Positions 62,601 through 64,000 of a DNA stretch of 64,000 nt are shown here, one piece after another. The position numbers and the translations under genes were made by a program. The number at the start of each line of letters is the position of its first letter. Position 1 is the first letter of the stretch. The stretch comes from Perna viridis (Eukaryota): NCBI GenBank assembly GCA_037379345.1, contig CM074511.1, positions 51,652,862 through 51,716,861 on the forward strand, read 5' to 3'. The notes under the pieces were generated by a model, which saw only the letters and a list, made by a program, of their open reading frames with translations, made no database searches and was not told the origin of the DNA.

Positions 62601-63950
62601 TATCTAATAAAAAATAAAAGTAAATTCTAAACAAAATCAAAGGAGAAAATATAATTTCTACTACAAGTACTTCTGTGGCTACTAATTAAGCATTGTATTT
62701 TCTACTCTTTAACCCGATTCATTTTGTACCCCCCTAAAAAGTGAAACTAAGATCAATGTCTAAAAGCTGAAGCATCAGGGTGGAAATGAAGCATTGTTTG
62801 GCACTGAATTTGGTAGGAACCAAGCTTTAGGACTATGAAGTGGGATTGAGAAAAAGTTTATCTCCAGTGTTAGCAATCAATACACAAAATATCAAAGATA
62901 TCATGTCACTCGATTAAAACAATATCTCACCCTTTAATATTGCTGAAAATATTCAAGTTCATTCAATAATTTGAAAAATAACAAGAAATTAATTGCAAAT
63001 CAAGATTTATCACATGGCTTGTAAACTTTAGATTTTTTCTTTGTGTAGATAGAAACAAAACTCAACGTAAATTAAGAAAAAAAAATGTAACAATTTTAAC
63101 ATTTGATTTTAAGCCTAGAAAGTAATTTTGATTTGAAATTTGATCCTTTCGATAAAAAATATGTTTCTGGTGATGAAAAAATAATTGTAGCATTGTAGTG
63201 ATAGTTTGATTGACCCTCACTGACAGCAGATTTGGTGGTAGACAAATAGAAAATTATAAGTTCAGTGACTGATGACATTGGTGAGTTACATGATGTCTGT
63301 AATACTTACTTGGTGGCCATACAGAAAATGTCTTTCATCATATACAATACATGTACACTCTTAGCCATATCTTCGACTGCCCATGGAGAAAACTCATAAC
63401 TAAAATAACAACTGATTCTTAATGAACAATACCATACAGAAACAATTTTAATAATTGGGACTGCCATGTATTTGTCCAAAGTCATTTATGAATTATCCCC
63501 CTTGTACAATGACACCAGTTGTGTTCTTCAGTACAACAATTCCTTAGTTCCTGGGATTTAGACTATTTTTGCTCAATAACACAGAAAGATAAGAAAGATT
63601 GCATAATAATATTTTTTAGGAAAAAACAGTTCTTAGATAAACTGACTTGGCAACACCCTGTTTTTATTTGTAAACTGACTTGACAATTCTAGGTATATCA
63701 GTATAAGCTGACTTGACTACAATGTTCTGTCTTAACTGGGTTGACAACCCAAGTATATCAGTATAATACTCATTATTCAACAATTTCCCAGTGTTTCAGT
63801 ATACACTTACTTGACAATACCCGGTATTTTTTCAGGAAGTGGATTGGATTTGATCATTTTATATTCATCATCAGTACATTGGGCATGGTATGACAGAACT
63901 TCTAATGCTACTTTATATTTCTGTTCCGATCTCCTGATTTTGTCATACAG
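50395..63950 (-). CDS. PDE10A: Class I cyclic-nucleotide phosphodiesterase of PDE10A/pde-5 type; 3' part (post-GAF helix plus catalytic domain); 5' exons lie outside the window
   Basis: Minus-strand GT-AG exons join in frame: 63950-63811, 63399-63310, 57108-56958, 56636-56481, 55795-55745, 54833-54712, [54396-54285 OR 53437-53326], 51663-51583, 51063-50975, 50692-50395. Motifs: [61 protein letters not shown]. Confidence 0.92.
50975..51063 (-). CDS. PDE10A: PDE10A exon ([29 protein letters not shown])
   Basis: ttacag| ... |gtgagt; 89 nt. Confidence 0.94.
51088..51300 (-). mobile_element. 3' fragment of the same Penelope-like family, ~25 nt from a PDE acceptor
   Basis: gagtaatcataggaaccaag...atgagcaactcggactccac..aaaactggg...ggaccaggtgcaccagtaggg. 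Confidence 0.85.
51583..51663 (-). CDS. PDE10A: PDE10A exon ([27 protein letters not shown])
   Basis: ttttag| ... GAG|gtatct; 81 nt. Confidence 0.94.
53326..53437 (-). CDS. PDE10A: PDE10A alternative exon, downstream copy ([37 protein letters not shown])
   Basis: ttccag| ... CAG|gtttgt; 112 nt, phase 2 to 0, no stops. Confidence 0.9.
53818..54023. mobile_element. TA-flanked MITE in the intron between the two alternative PDE exons
   Basis: TA|CTGTtAAAgTTCT...AGAAtTTTcACAG|TA imperfect TIRs; same family as 2910-3120. Confidence 0.8.
54285..54396 (-). CDS. PDE10A: PDE10A alternative exon, upstream copy ([37 protein letters not shown])
   Basis: ctacag| ... CAG|gtattg; 112 nt, phase 2 to 0, no stops. 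Confidence 0.9.
54712..54833 (-). CDS. PDE10A: PDE10A exon ([21 protein letters not shown]...EH)
   Basis: ttttag| ... |gtttgt; ends in phase 2. Confidence 0.94.
55181..55297. repeat. Short fold-back (inverted-repeat) element
   Basis: actccattctac.ttctgttcagatgacctttc pairs with gaaaaggtcatctgaacagatcgtagaatggagt (~35-bp arms, ~45-nt loop). Confidence 0.85.
55745..55795 (-). CDS. PDE10A: PDE10A exon ([17 protein letters not shown])
   Basis: tttcag| ... |gttagt; 51 nt. Confidence 0.93.
56481..56636 (-). CDS. PDE10A: PDE10A exon ([20 protein letters not shown]...ILQ)
   Basis: PDE signature HDxxHxG; ttgtag| ... |gttagt. Confidence 0.96.
56958..57108 (-). CDS. PDE10A: PDE10A exon ([28 protein letters not shown]...)
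   Basis: ttttag| ... |gttagt; catalytic YHNxxH. Confidence 0.95.
58035..59250 (+). mobile_element. Penelope-like retroelement (Naiad-like), decayed RT core plus 3' end
   Basis: [54 protein letters not shown]; stops and frameshifts; 3' end cttggttcccttgatt. Confidence 0.85.
61162..61760. repeat. Intronic minisatellite, ~10 x ~60 bp
   Basis: Unit ggactaccaatagcagacttataactgcc[variable]tacaaatttcttatagagg(actat/cttaa). Confidence 0.95.
63310..63399 (-). CDS. PDE10A: PDE10A exon ([25 protein letters not shown])
   Basis: ttttag| ... |gtaagt; phase 2-2, 90 nt. Confidence 0.87.
63636..63830 (-). repeat. Degenerate ~33-bp tandem repeat overlapping a PDE splice donor
   Basis: Plus-strand units act(g/t)acttgacaa...gtatatcagtata repeated 5-6 times; the last copy is the real exon/donor junction. 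Confidence 0.7.
63811..63950 (-). CDS. PDE10A: PDE10A exon ([25 protein letters not shown]...)
   Basis: tttcag| ... |gtaagt on minus; 140 nt. Confidence 0.92.
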
Positions 63951-64000
63951 CTGAAAATACATGGTGGTATGAATGAATAGACAGATGTCAAATCAAAGAA

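Overview
AT-rich eukaryotic genomic DNA with many introns. The repeat content (HINE/Helentron-type elements, RTE-X-like LINEs, Penelope-like RT fragments, TA- and TTAA-flanked MITEs, SINE tails) suggests a mollusc, probably a bivalve; that is inference. Three genes can be read directly. (1) A complete 20-coding-exon POMGNT1 on + (ATG 19084 to TGA 36586, 651 aa). (2) An intronless 533-aa CABIT-domain adaptor (GAREM/THEMIS/Serrano family) on + at 44404-46005. (3) The 3' part of a PDE10A/pde-5-type phosphodiesterase on - (63950 down to 50395, continuing beyond the window). Most other short ORFs in the track are spurious or are transposon fragments. The main findings concern splicing. The PDE carries two paralogous, same-phase 112-nt exons encoding alternative versions of the metal-binding and substrate-pocket segment, consistent with mutually exclusive splicing, and it has Glu in place of the class I PDE 'invariant' Gln. 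POMGNT1 has a 7-copy, 45-bp in-frame tandem array of one splice donor just before its catalytic EED motif. Comparisons with human proteins are from memory, not from a search.
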